DNA of 64,000 nt from Gammaproteobacteria bacterium (GTDB taxonomy: Bacteria; Pseudomonadota; Gammaproteobacteria; UBA4575). Location: assembly GCA_965222615.1 (NCBI GenBank), contig CBDCUI010000009.1:604264-668263 (forward strand). Reading direction: 5' to 3'. Within the stretch, counting starts at the first letter, position 1; every line of letters starts with the position of its first letter. The notes beneath the pieces were generated by a model. The model saw nothing but the letters and a program-made list of their open reading frames with translations, was not told the origin of the DNA and did not search any database. Below are positions 40,684 to 49,660 of the stretch, one piece after another. The translations under genes and the position numbers were made by a program.

Positions 40684-41975
40684 AGCTCAAATACCTCGGT
40701 ACGAATGTATGGATCACCTTCTTTGGGTACGCTAGCGTCGTTTCTCCATTTTGGATTCGCTTCAAGAGCGGTCTTGATAAAATCATAATTAACCAAGTCA
40801 TCCGAAACATGTTCTGGAGTAAGCGTATCAAGAAACTTAGCGTCACCTGTAACCACAGTCTCTTTTAAGTCACTAACCACTAACTCGGTAGCAGATCTAT
40901 ATGGCCATGCTTGAAAATCGATGCGGTTTTGATCCCATTCAGGATGTTTAATCGCAAGAGGATTTTGATAGTAAGCAGGATCGTAAAACATCATAGCCCT
41001 TTTCACTACTTCTTTCGGAACTGGCAAATACCCTTTACCATCTTTAGAAAGTCGTTCAGCCATTGCCTCTCTATTTTCAGCAAGATGAATCTGAGCTTTT
41101 ACTACAGCATTATGCACACCTTGTGCCCATGCAGCACGATCAGGATCCATTGCATCTTCCTCATGCATAACAACGACACAACATGGATGTCCTTTCCATG
41201 CATCACCAGTGAAACGTAAAACTTTACCACCGGCTTTAAGCTCACCTAAAGCATTGAATGGTTCTGCCACGCAATAACCATCAATGGTTCCTGCTGCAAG
41301 CGCGGGTGGCATAGACGGTGGCGCCAATACTAAGAAATTACACTCGTCGGGTTCGAGCTTGGCACTTTGCGGTTTAATCACCGGTTTAATCCCAGCCGCT
41401 TTCATAATTCTTTGGGATACGATGTTATGAATCGAATACCAATACGGTACTGCAAACTGTTTACCACCAAAATCTTTTGGCTCATTAATGCCGCTATTCT
41501 TACCGACAAGGACCGCAGAACCATTAGTATGATCCCACGCCGTAATCTTAATTGGATATTTGTTGTTATAACGCATCCAAACTGGAATAGGGATTAACAT
41601 GTGCGTAAGGTTGAAACGATGCGCGGCAAAGGCCTCTACCAAAGGTGACCAACCACGAATAAGTGTAGGCTTAACCGACTCAAGACCTTCATCTTTAAAA
41701 TAACCTTGGTCATGCGCGATCAACAAAGCTGCCGCATCGGTAATGGGTATGTAACCGATTTTAATCACCGGATCCCATTTTTTCTTTGCTGCAAAAATAG
41801 GCATAGGCAATGAGCTCGCACCTCCCGCCAGTGCCGCGAGACCTCCTACTTGTAACAGTTCACGCCGGTTAATACCGGTACCTAAAACACCTTTAAAAAG
41901 TGGATCAAATTCTATAGCAAGTTTAGGATCATCATTTTGGATCCCATCACCATGTTTCTGGTAAATTTTCTTCAT
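40680..41975 (-). CDS. ABC transporter periplasmic substrate-binding protein, NrtA/CmpA/CynA-like (twin-arginine signal)
   Basis: RRELLQVGGLAALAGGA Tat motif and NMT1/NrtA-like fold, about 430 aa. Confidence 0.8.
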   Translation of the reverse strand: MKKIYQKHGDGIQNDDPKLAIEFDPLFKGVLGTGINRRELLQVGGLAALAGGASSLPMPIFAAKKKWDPVIKIGYIPITDAAALLIAHDQGYFKDEGLESVKPTLIRGWSPLVEAFAAHRFNLTHMLIPIPVWMRYNNKYPIKITAWDHTNGSAVLVGKNSGINEPKDFGGKQFAVPYWYSIHNIVSQRIMKAAGIKPVIKPQSAKLEPDECNFLVLAPPSMPPALAAGTIDGYCVAEPFNALGELKAGGKVLRFTGDAWKGHPCCVVVMHEEDAMDPDRAAWAQGVHNAVVKAQIHLAENREAMAERLSKDGKGYLPVPKEVVKRAMMFYDPAYYQNPLAIKHPEWDQNRIDFQAWPYRSATELVVSDLKETVVTGDAKFLDTLTPEHVSDDLVNYDFIKTALEANPKWRNDASVPKEGDPYIRTEVFEL

Positions 41976-42075
41976 AGCGGAATTCCTCTCATCGTTACTC
42001 TAAATAGTAGTTTCTCTTATCTAGTTTCTATCAACGTTAAAAAATCAAATGTACACTTAACTATCATTTTTTTAA

Positions 42076-42906
42076 TCAATTGCCAGCAAACTCGGCATTT
42101 GATGCAGAAGTATCCCCATTATCCATCTGGGCATTTTCTTTTGGCGCCCCCGCTGCATCGTGAAAAATTTGCATAAGGTGAGTACGCATTTTCTGAACTG
42201 CAGGATCTTGTCGATCACGTGGATCTGGAAGATCCACTCTGAGATCATGAACCATCTTGCCGGGCGAACCGGCCATCACTAGCGCACGATCTGCCATGAT
42301 TACTGCTTCGTCTATATCATGTGTCACCATGACTAAGTTAAAACCTAGCTGTTTAGAAATTGCGCGAACATCTTTTTGCAAAGATGCACGAGTAAACGCA
42401 TCTAATGCAGAAAACGGTTCATCCAAAAGAAGCATTTCAGGCTCCATTACTAAAGAACGTGCTAAAGCTACTCGTTGTTGTTGCCCACCTGAGAGATCTT
42501 GAGTATTTTTTTTCGTATACTCTTCCATGTTAACCAAACTAATTGCTTCGTTAACACGATCACGAATTTTATTTTTTGACCAACCAGCAAAACGTAATCC
42601 GGTACCGACATTTTGTTCAACCGTCATCCAGGGAAATAGATGTGGAGCCTGAAACATCATCACCCATTTTGATGAAGGGTCTTTAACATCTTTATTATTT
42701 AACTGCACGGTACCACTGTAATTTCCCAACAAACCAGCGACGATGTGAAGTAAAGTGGACTTACCGCACCCGGAGCGACCGATAATGACAAGTGACTCAC
42801 CGGGTTGTGCCTCCATATCCACTTTGTCAAAAGTAAGTGGACACTTTGAGTTATATCGGTGGGTAAGATCCTTTACATTAATATGTACACCATTGCGTTC
42901 TGCCAT
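42076..42906 (-). CDS. ABC transporter ATP-binding protein (NrtD/SsuB type)
   Basis: Walker A GRSGCGKST, signature LSGGQQQRVALARSL, Walker B LLLDEPFSALD. Start placed at MAERNG (42906). Confidence 0.85.
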   Translation of the reverse strand: MAERNGVHINVKDLTHRYNSKCPLTFDKVDMEAQPGESLVIIGRSGCGKSTLLHIVAGLLGNYSGTVQLNNKDVKDPSSKWVMMFQAPHLFPWMTVEQNVGTGLRFAGWSKNKIRDRVNEAISLVNMEEYTKKNTQDLSGGQQQRVALARSLVMEPEMLLLDEPFSALDAFTRASLQKDVRAISKQLGFNLVMVTHDIDEAVIMADRALVMAGSPGKMVHDLRVDLPDPRDRQDPAVQKMRTHLMQIFHDAAGAPKENAQMDNGDTSASNAEFAGN

Positions 42907-43071
42907 GTGTAATCCCTTCTGTAATATCGTAGTTTCGGACTGCCAACTACCTGGTTCAACGCTTAACCGGGAATTGAGCGCTCCCTTCAAACTGTGTTGA
43001 TACATCAAGTAAGCTGCTCCATTCGACCTGTGTGGATATACTTGTTAATAAGACCGCTCTTTTTCATGAAA

Positions 43072-43434
43072 TTATTCAGCAATAATCTTGTCAGACCATT
43101 CAACGTCTTCAACAAAAGTATCAGGATTACCTGGTTGTGCACCTGCTTTTGCCATATCATCTTCTGTAACACCTCGTGCTCTTGAACATGCACCGCAACA
43201 TTCAATTCGTACACCATTCTCAATAGCTTCATTCCACTGCTCAGCCACCGAGGGCCACCCAAGTGGAACCATATTCTCACGAACCACTGGCCGTGCAAGA
43301 CATACTGCTTCGCCTAGCAGAAATATTCGAATCTCATGGCCCTTACCAGCCAATGCGTTAGCATGTCCAAACACCATCGCTGCTCGTGTTGGATCATCAC
43401 TCCCCCATGATGACTTCATAAAAATCTTTGCCAT
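43072..43434 (-). CDS. DsrE/DsrF-like (YchN/TusD fold) sulfur-relay family protein
   Basis: 120 aa, pattern AAMVFGHANALAGKGHEIRIFLLGEAV ... CCGAC conserved Cys pair. Assigned by recall. Confidence 0.5.
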   Translation of the reverse strand: MAKIFMKSSWGSDDPTRAAMVFGHANALAGKGHEIRIFLLGEAVCLARPVVRENMVPLGWPSVAEQWNEAIENGVRIECCGACSRARGVTEDDMAKAGAQPGNPDTFVEDVEWSDKIIAE

Positions 43435-43528
43435 GACTCCTTCCTAATTTTCACTACTTAGTTATTATTTTTTTATTAACCAAAACTTTTTTCTGGTCTG
43501 TCGATACAAATTCGAAGCAGGTTTTGTA

Positions 43529-43930
43529 TCACACCATATTGAGACGTTTATCAACCTCCTTTATACGACGCTTGAGTTCATCTTCATCAATAAGGCCTCT
43601 ACGAATCATGGAATGGACCAGTGCTAATAGTTGCCGTTCTGGAAATGGGACATCTGCATAGTGATCTTCAGATAATTCATCTTCTTCCCAACGACGTTCT
43701 AGTGCCGGTAATGCACAAGCAACTTCAGATAAAACATCACAGGTCGCTTCTAGCGTAATCTTCCAAGGTGGGTCAGGATTATCCACGCCATATTGTTCAC
43801 ATAAATCGCCCCAGACTCTTCCTTCCTTTTTAATTTCTTCAAGTAACGAAATTGGAGATTTATCCAAATTCCGATTTGTCATTTCTTCATCTAGTTTGAT
43901 TTTCTCAGGATTGATTTCGACCATCATCAT
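43529..43930 (-). CDS. Small acidic accessory protein, putative metallochaperone/activator for the adjacent enzyme
   Basis: 133-aa Glu/Asp-rich protein immediately downstream of the catalytic subunit gene (stop/start 2 bp apart). This is the position of NHase/SCNase activator genes. No diagnostic motif. Confidence 0.35.
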   Translation of the reverse strand: MMMVEINPEKIKLDEEMTNRNLDKSPISLLEEIKKEGRVWGDLCEQYGVDNPDPPWKITLEATCDVLSEVACALPALERRWEEDELSEDHYADVPFPERQLLALVHSMIRRGLIDEDELKRRIKEVDKRLNMV

Positions 43931-43932
43931 TC

Positions 43933-44628
43933 CTAGTGTTTGTAAGGCTTAATGGCTTTTCGAATCGGTCGTGGGTCGTTTGTAGTCTTACCTGGTTTCG
44001 GTAACGCTACGCCAATTAAACAATCCCGTGTAACAATTTCGGTTAATTGATCTTCAGTCCAACCCTCTGTTCCCTCAGGACGTACTGGCATCACAATAAA
44101 CCGAGACTTCTGATTCGAGTCTTCAACTCTCACTTCAACGTCTGCTGGAAGCTGCAAACCAAACTCTGCAAGTACTTGGCGCGGCCAGCGTACTAAGCGT
44201 CGTCGATAGTTCGGTGTTCGATACCACTCTGGAGATTGACCAAGAATCGGTCGTGGGTAACAGGAACACAGTGTACACACCACCACGTGATGTAGCTTCG
44301 GTGTATCCTCAAGAACACGTAAATTGCAATAATCACTAGGTGTACCAAACTTAGTAGGCATTTGATTAACCCAGTCGATACCTACTTCCAGACTGGCTTT
44401 AACACCGTCTTCCACAGCCAACTTTTTGAATTCAGGATCCAACCATGCTTTGGCAACTAGACGCGCAGCAGGTGTTGGCCCCAGTGTGTGCATATATTCT
44501 GTCCACGCCTGATGATCTTCCGCAGTGAACAGACCTTTCTCAATAGCAAGTTCGCGAACCGCAATTTCAAGTATCTCAAACTCACTGACTTCATCCACCA
44601 TTGGTGCGGGTTTATGCTTCTCTGCCAT
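43933..44628 (-). CDS. scnC: Cobalt-type nitrile hydratase alpha-subunit family protein; thiocyanate hydrolase gamma subunit-like
   Basis: Metal-binding claw VVCTLCSCYP (Co-type CTLCSCY, not the Fe-type CSLCSCT), 231 aa. Confidence 0.85.
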   Translation of the reverse strand: MAEKHKPAPMVDEVSEFEILEIAVRELAIEKGLFTAEDHQAWTEYMHTLGPTPAARLVAKAWLDPEFKKLAVEDGVKASLEVGIDWVNQMPTKFGTPSDYCNLRVLEDTPKLHHVVVCTLCSCYPRPILGQSPEWYRTPNYRRRLVRWPRQVLAEFGLQLPADVEVRVEDSNQKSRFIVMPVRPEGTEGWTEDQLTEIVTRDCLIGVALPKPGKTTNDPRPIRKAIKPYKH

Positions 44629-44686
44629 TTGTTCTTCCTCTTCTAATAATTAAGTTCTGATTGTTCTGCTGTATCGCTGTTGTTTT

Positions 44687-45055
44687 TTAAAGAGGCTCTA
44701 GCCATCGCTCGGGTAACTCAGTCTCTAAAGTATCGTTTGCAAATGTATCTGGATAATCCGGCCAAAGATCCTTTTGCTTGAATACCAAACTATAAAACCA
44801 TTCAGGATTTTCCGTGTTATCCCAAGCCTCATCTTCTGCAGGAGGGCTTTCATAGACCAATGCAACAACAACTGCAGGAGCGCCACGTGTATAAGCTTGA
44901 GTGCGGGTATAAAAAATATCTGGCAGATCTCTGATACGTACTTTATCGCCTACTTTAAATTTAGGTTTGCTAGCTTCACCTTTAAAGCATTGTGGATCAC
45001 CTATTCCAGTAGCTTTTTTGACATGATGCTCTCTATCGTAATGTGGCTTACTCAT
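44687..45055 (-). CDS. scnA: Nitrile hydratase beta-subunit C-terminal-half homolog; thiocyanate hydrolase alpha subunit-like
   Basis: KFKVGDKVRIRDLP ... YTRG ... LWPDYPD ... WLEPL matches the C-terminal half of NHase beta. Start at MSKPHYD (45055). Confidence 0.75.
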   Translation of the reverse strand: MSKPHYDREHHVKKATGIGDPQCFKGEASKPKFKVGDKVRIRDLPDIFYTRTQAYTRGAPAVVVALVYESPPAEDEAWDNTENPEWFYSLVFKQKDLWPDYPDTFANDTLETELPERWLEPL

Positions 45056-45479
45056 AACGTTTTTTAACCTCGTCAATCTTGTCCTGAAGTTCAGTAAGTG
45101 TGACGTATTGCTTATCAACTAATATCAATGCAGCGGTAAGCAACCACCGACCATAATAAGGAAGACCCAAATATTGCGTCTGACCTACATCTACGTTTTG
45201 GCGACGCCGTCTTTCCTCTGCATTCCAAACACCGCGCCAAGCTAAAACTTCACAAGTTACAAAGGTATTGTGTTCCCACACTTCCTCTTCCTTTTCTTCC
45301 CAAGGAATGGGCACATCTCGTTCACCGCCTACGTCATGTGCTGCTCGTGTATAGGCACGATATTGTTCGTTAGTAACCTCATCGGGAGATGGGGCATGTG
45401 TTTCTTGATGCAACGCTGGCTGTAACAGACCGACAAGATTAAGATGGCTTAGAACTCGATCTCTAGTAGAAGATGACAT
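45048..45479 (-). CDS. scnB: Nitrile hydratase beta-subunit N-terminal-half homolog; thiocyanate hydrolase beta subunit-like
   Basis: AHDVGG motif characteristic of the NHase beta N-terminus, 143 aa. First gene of the operon. Confidence 0.75.
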   Translation of the reverse strand: MSSSTRDRVLSHLNLVGLLQPALHQETHAPSPDEVTNEQYRAYTRAAHDVGGERDVPIPWEEKEEEVWEHNTFVTCEVLAWRGVWNAEERRRRQNVDVGQTQYLGLPYYGRWLLTAALILVDKQYVTLTELQDKIDEVKKRYE

Positions 45480-45500
45480 GGCCTTGTACTCCTTCTTCCG

Positions 45501-45518
45501 ATTATTTTTTTAAATAAT
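45501..45518. promoter_or_regulatory. Putative LysR-type T-N11-A box (ATTATTTTTTTAAATAAT palindrome) in the divergent intergenic region
   Basis: Interrupted dyad between the divergent lysR and scnB starts. Confidence 0.35.
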
Positions 45519-45676
45519 TTTTGGCAAGTTGTCTTGCAGCTCAAGCGATACGCACTGTTTTAGAATTTGGTTATATACTTATTTTATAAGGTATTCACTT
45601 GACCTGATGACAAGTCTAATGGAGATGTGTTATTAATCCCAAGACTTTGTATTTATAAATCCTATAGGAGTTACCT

Positions 45677-46717
45677 ATGGATAGACGACATATCTTCCCG
45701 CGATCTCTTCAATATTTGATCGCAATTGCTGAACATGGCAGCTATACCCGTGCCGCCGAGGTATTACACGTCTCTCAGCCAACTTTATCGCAACAAATTA
45801 AGCAATTAGAAGGATCATTGGGATCGCCGCTATTAGACCGTTCCGGTAGAACAGTACGCTTAACTGATGCCGGAAAAATTTATCTACATCATGTGCGTCG
45901 TGCTTGGGGCGAACTCGATGCAGGAACTCGCGCAATTAACGATGTGCAAGATTTAACCCGTGGCTTTTTGCGTTTGGGATGGACTCCAATCACCGACTAC
46001 ATGACTTGTTCCTTATTGGAAAACTTTAACAGTCGCTATCCCGGCATCACATTAAGCACTTTGGAAATGCCTCAAGATGATATTGAAGTGGCCGTATCTG
46101 AAGCCCATATCGATGTCGGTATTGTTTTCAGTAAACCATTTTCGCCTGAAGCAAGACCAACCGAAATTGTTACTGACATGTTGTTTAAAGAACCACTATG
46201 CGTTGCCGTAGGTAATGCACATCCTCTTGCTGGAAAGCAGGAAACCATGAGTGTAGAAGAACTTGGCGAAGAATCTTTGGTTTTACTCAATACTCACTTC
46301 GCGATGCGGCGCCACCTTGATCTGTATTGCCGCAATCAAGACATTTCACCGCGCATTGCAATCGAAACAAATTCTCTTAGCGTAATTATAGAACTGATTC
46401 AGCTCGGTGCACTTGCGACTATACTACCTATCAGTATCATTCATTCACAGTATGGTCTTTATGCAATTAATGTTTCACCCGAAATACCACCTAAAGCAAT
46501 CACCTTAATTTACCGTAAAGGTGCTTACAGAAGTCCAGCCTGTCTAGCTTTTTCAGAATTGGCTGCAGATTGGTCTGCGCGCAGACTTCAGGAAATTCCG
46601 ATTCGAAGACGACTACCTTATCCACTACCTGAAAAATATTATCAAAACAAAAATCAACAAAATCCTAAAGAAGAGCCGTTGGCAAAGAAGGTGCAAAACA
46701 TTATGAAAATAGATTGA
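45677..46717 (+). CDS. LysR family transcriptional regulator, divergent from the scn-like operon
   Basis: N-terminal wHTH (LQYLIAIAEHGSYTRAAEVLHVSQPTLSQQIKQLE), LysR substrate-binding domain. Confidence 0.85.
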   Translation: MDRRHIFPRSLQYLIAIAEHGSYTRAAEVLHVSQPTLSQQIKQLEGSLGSPLLDRSGRTVRLTDAGKIYLHHVRRAWGELDAGTRAINDVQDLTRGFLRLGWTPITDYMTCSLLENFNSRYPGITLSTLEMPQDDIEVAVSEAHIDVGIVFSKPFSPEARPTEIVTDMLFKEPLCVAVGNAHPLAGKQETMSVEELGEESLVLLNTHFAMRRHLDLYCRNQDISPRIAIETNSLSVIIELIQLGALATILPISIIHSQYGLYAINVSPEIPPKAITLIYRKGAYRSPACLAFSELAADWSARRLQEIPIRRRLPYPLPEKYYQNKNQQNPKEEPLAKKVQNIMKID

Positions 46718-46751
46718 GATAATTGTTAGATACGCTAAACATTACACATGA

Positions 46752-48065
46752 TTATTTATTTGTAACCGCTACGTGAACTTCACCCTCTAAGACAGGCGGT
46801 AATGGCCCGCCCGTTGCCCAATCTAATAATTCAACAGTATGCACCACCGGTATTTTCGTAGCAGAGCCAATCTGTAACATACACCCTATATTACCTGCAG
46901 CAATGACATGTGGCGCACCAAGCTGCAGTGACTCAACTTTACGCGCTCTTAACTGCTTTGAAATTTCGGGCTGCAAAAGGTTATAGGTACCAGCAGAACC
47001 ACAACATGTGTGTGGATCTTTTGGTTCGAGTACAGTAAAACCCGCTGCTTTTAATAGCTTTTTTGGTGTAAACCTAATTCGCTGCCCAAATTGTAGTGAG
47101 CATGTGGCATGATAAGCCACGCGTAAATTGGGCATTGCCTTATAGTCCAAGTCGATTTTCGACAAAACTTCGGTAATGTCTTGAGCTAACGCAGAAATCG
47201 TCGCAGCATCTTGTGATAAATCACTATTTCGAAATATCTCGACATAGTTTTTCACCATGACTCCACAGCCGCTAGCGTTGATCACCACTGCATCCAATCC
47301 TGCATCATTTACTTCTTTCATCCAGGCGCGAATGTTTTTCGCCGCCATCGCAAGACTTGGTTGAGACTTGCCCATATGGTAAGTCAACGCACCACAACAA
47401 CTAGCGCCATCAGCAACGACCACTTCGCATCCATGACGACGTAAAATGCGAATGGTTGCATTATTGATATTCGTATTCAGTGCCTTTTGCGCACAACCAG
47501 TCATCAAGACTACGCGACGCTTACATTCACCTTTTGCTGGAACAACTTGTGGTTCATCATTTGGGTTTGATGGCGATAACGTATTGGGCACCAACTCCAG
47601 CATTGCGCGCATTCTCTTGGGCAACGGACTGCTCGGCAATGACTTAGCTAATTGCCCCAAACGCATCATTATTCGCAAGCGTTTCGAGTAGGGCAAAATT
47701 TGTGCCAGGACCCAACGTTGGATGCGGTCAAATAGTGGGCGGTCATAGTTGTCCTCGATATATTCTCGGGCATGATCCACTAAATGCATATAGTTCACAC
47801 TCGACGGACAGGTAGACATACACACTAAACAAGACAAGCAACGATCAATATGGTTGACGGTCTTTTTACTTGGCTCACCCCCATTCTCTAACATTTCCTT
47901 AATAAGATAAATGCGCCCACGTGGGCTATCAAATTCGTCTCCCAATAACTGATAAGTCGGACAGTTATTAATACAGTAACCACATTGCAAGCAGGCACTT
48001 AGCTCCACGTTAGACTGGGCCATAATAGGATTAGCCAGTTGTTCGGAAGTAAAATTGGTTTGCAT
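46752..48065 (-). CDS. GlcF/GlpC/HdrD-like iron-sulfur protein (two 4Fe-4S motifs plus two CCG domains)
   Basis: CLQCGYCINNCP and CLSCLVCMSTCP ferredoxin motifs; CCG motifs (ASCCGA, HTCCGSAG). No glcD/glcE partner adjacent. Confidence 0.75.
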   Translation of the reverse strand: MQTNFTSEQLANPIMAQSNVELSACLQCGYCINNCPTYQLLGDEFDSPRGRIYLIKEMLENGGEPSKKTVNHIDRCLSCLVCMSTCPSSVNYMHLVDHAREYIEDNYDRPLFDRIQRWVLAQILPYSKRLRIMMRLGQLAKSLPSSPLPKRMRAMLELVPNTLSPSNPNDEPQVVPAKGECKRRVVLMTGCAQKALNTNINNATIRILRRHGCEVVVADGASCCGALTYHMGKSQPSLAMAAKNIRAWMKEVNDAGLDAVVINASGCGVMVKNYVEIFRNSDLSQDAATISALAQDITEVLSKIDLDYKAMPNLRVAYHATCSLQFGQRIRFTPKKLLKAAGFTVLEPKDPHTCCGSAGTYNLLQPEISKQLRARKVESLQLGAPHVIAAGNIGCMLQIGSATKIPVVHTVELLDWATGGPLPPVLEGEVHVAVTNK

Positions 48066-48449
48066 TGACCTATTCCATTTACTTATCAGAAAAACTTAAC
48101 TTAACTATGAATTGTATTTTATAGCGCCACTTTAAAAAACTCATTTGACAAAATTTACAATCTATTTTTTCAACATTATTTAAAACTTTAAGAACAGATT
48201 CAAACCTATTAGCTATCGCTTAGGAAATAGAAACATTGGAGGAAACAACTAACTTTACACCCTATTGTTAATCTCTATAGAGCTAATAAGAACAAAGTCT
48301 TTGATTTATACAGCCGTATCCCTAAAACTAGAATTACCTGGCAAATTAGATTACTCAAATTTATTTAAATTTCCTCAAAAATAAATATTGGGATTGAGTT
48401 GCTATGTGATACCTGGCTATTGAAGATTACTTTTCAGCGAGGAGTCGAT

Positions 48450-48890
48450 ATGAATAAAGAAGAAATGACCGACTGCATTATTGCAGCAAAAAAAGCTAAA
48501 GGTCTCACCTGGGAAACCATTGCTCACAAAGTTGGTAAAGGCACAACCTGGGTAACCTCTGCTTGTTTAGGAATGAACAGCACCACTGAGGAAGTCGCAA
48601 AAAGCTTATGCGAAATTCTTGGGCTCGATGAAGATGTTTGTACAACATTACAAGAATATCCACACAAGGCATGGGACAAAACGATACCGCAAGATCCAGT
48701 AGTCTATCGATTTTATGAAATCGTTGGTGTCTATGGCGATACTATTAAAGAAATTATAGCTGAGAAGTTTGGGGATGGAATTATGAGTGCTATCGATTTT
48801 TCTATGGATATTGACAAAGAAGAAAACCCTAAAGGCGATCGAGTGGTAATCACCATGAATGGTAAATTCTTAAAATATACTTCGTGGTAA
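48450..48890 (+). CDS. cynS: Cyanase (cyanate hydratase)
   Basis: Strong match to E. coli CynS along its length (DPVVYRFYEIVGVYGDTIKEIIAEKFGDGIMSAIDF ... VVITMNGKFLKY). Start at MNKEEMTD (48450). Confidence 0.9.
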   Translation: MNKEEMTDCIIAAKKAKGLTWETIAHKVGKGTTWVTSACLGMNSTTEEVAKSLCEILGLDEDVCTTLQEYPHKAWDKTIPQDPVVYRFYEIVGVYGDTIKEIIAEKFGDGIMSAIDFSMDIDKEENPKGDRVVITMNGKFLKYTSW

Positions 48891-49204
48891 TTGAACAAAC
48901 GCTGATTTCTTTTTTTGAGCAAGTAGCTCAAAAAGATACAAGTCAATTAAACAAATTAAAACAAAATAAGTATTTCAGTGTAGAAAAGGAGCGCTGGTGT
49001 TTTACTTTGCCTGATTTATATGCCTTTCTGCGATTACAAAATGATGACTTAAACGACATTGATTACCAACAATTTCGAAAATTAATTTTTAACAGTCCTA
49101 TTAATCAAACCATTAAATCATATGGAGCTGAAATTACGATTACAGACAATCAAACCAATGTCGATAAATCAAGCTATGCACTAGTCTGGAAAAGTATGAA
49201 ATAA
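48884..49204 (+). CDS. Hypothetical small protein
   Basis: 106-aa ORF overlapping the cynS stop. No motif. Confidence 0.25.
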   Translation: MVIEQTLISFFEQVAQKDTSQLNKLKQNKYFSVEKERWCFTLPDLYAFLRLQNDDLNDIDYQQFRKLIFNSPINQTIKSYGAEITITDNQTNVDKSSYALVWKSMK

Positions 49205-49275
49205 GTTTTTATTTAATCTTAAGAATAAGTGAATTAAGCTCAAATTAATATTTTTCTCAGAACAGTTGACTATCA

Positions 49276-49545
49276 TTAATCCTCAGTACGACGTCGTTTG
49301 CTAGCATCTGCAAGATGCACAATTCCGTAAGAAATACCAAAACCAATAAACAAAGATATTATAATCAAGACAATATTTGCTAAATTGATATCCCCGCCAA
49401 GTTTCGTATTCACATCAAAAATATTGGCTAAAATATTCATAGTCAGCAAAGCAATAAAAATACCTCCAAAAAAGAAAATGCGGAACGGCCTAGTGCCTGT
49501 TGTTATCACATCGACGACTATATCCCGCATTTTTCGTTTCATCAC
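49276..49545 (-). CDS. Small two-TM membrane protein
   Basis: 89-aa ORF with two hydrophobic helices. Confidence 0.35.
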   Translation of the reverse strand: MMKRKMRDIVVDVITTGTRPFRIFFFGGIFIALLTMNILANIFDVNTKLGGDINLANIVLIIISLFIGFGISYGIVHLADASKRRRTED

Positions 49546-49660
49546 GTGTTTCGCTTTAACTCAAAAAACGTCTCCCGAAATATTATATTTATATTTACAT
49601 GGTACAGTAATCGCTTATAAACCACATTTAGTAATCTAACAAGCGGCACTATTTTTACAT

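Noticed and set aside
42994-43447. Overlapping ORFs 42994-43185(+), 43005-43298(-) and 43088-43447(+) around the DsrE-like gene.
   Set aside because: Only the 43072-43434 minus-strand frame gives a coherent DsrE-like protein contiguous with the operon. The others are alternative frames of the same DNA.
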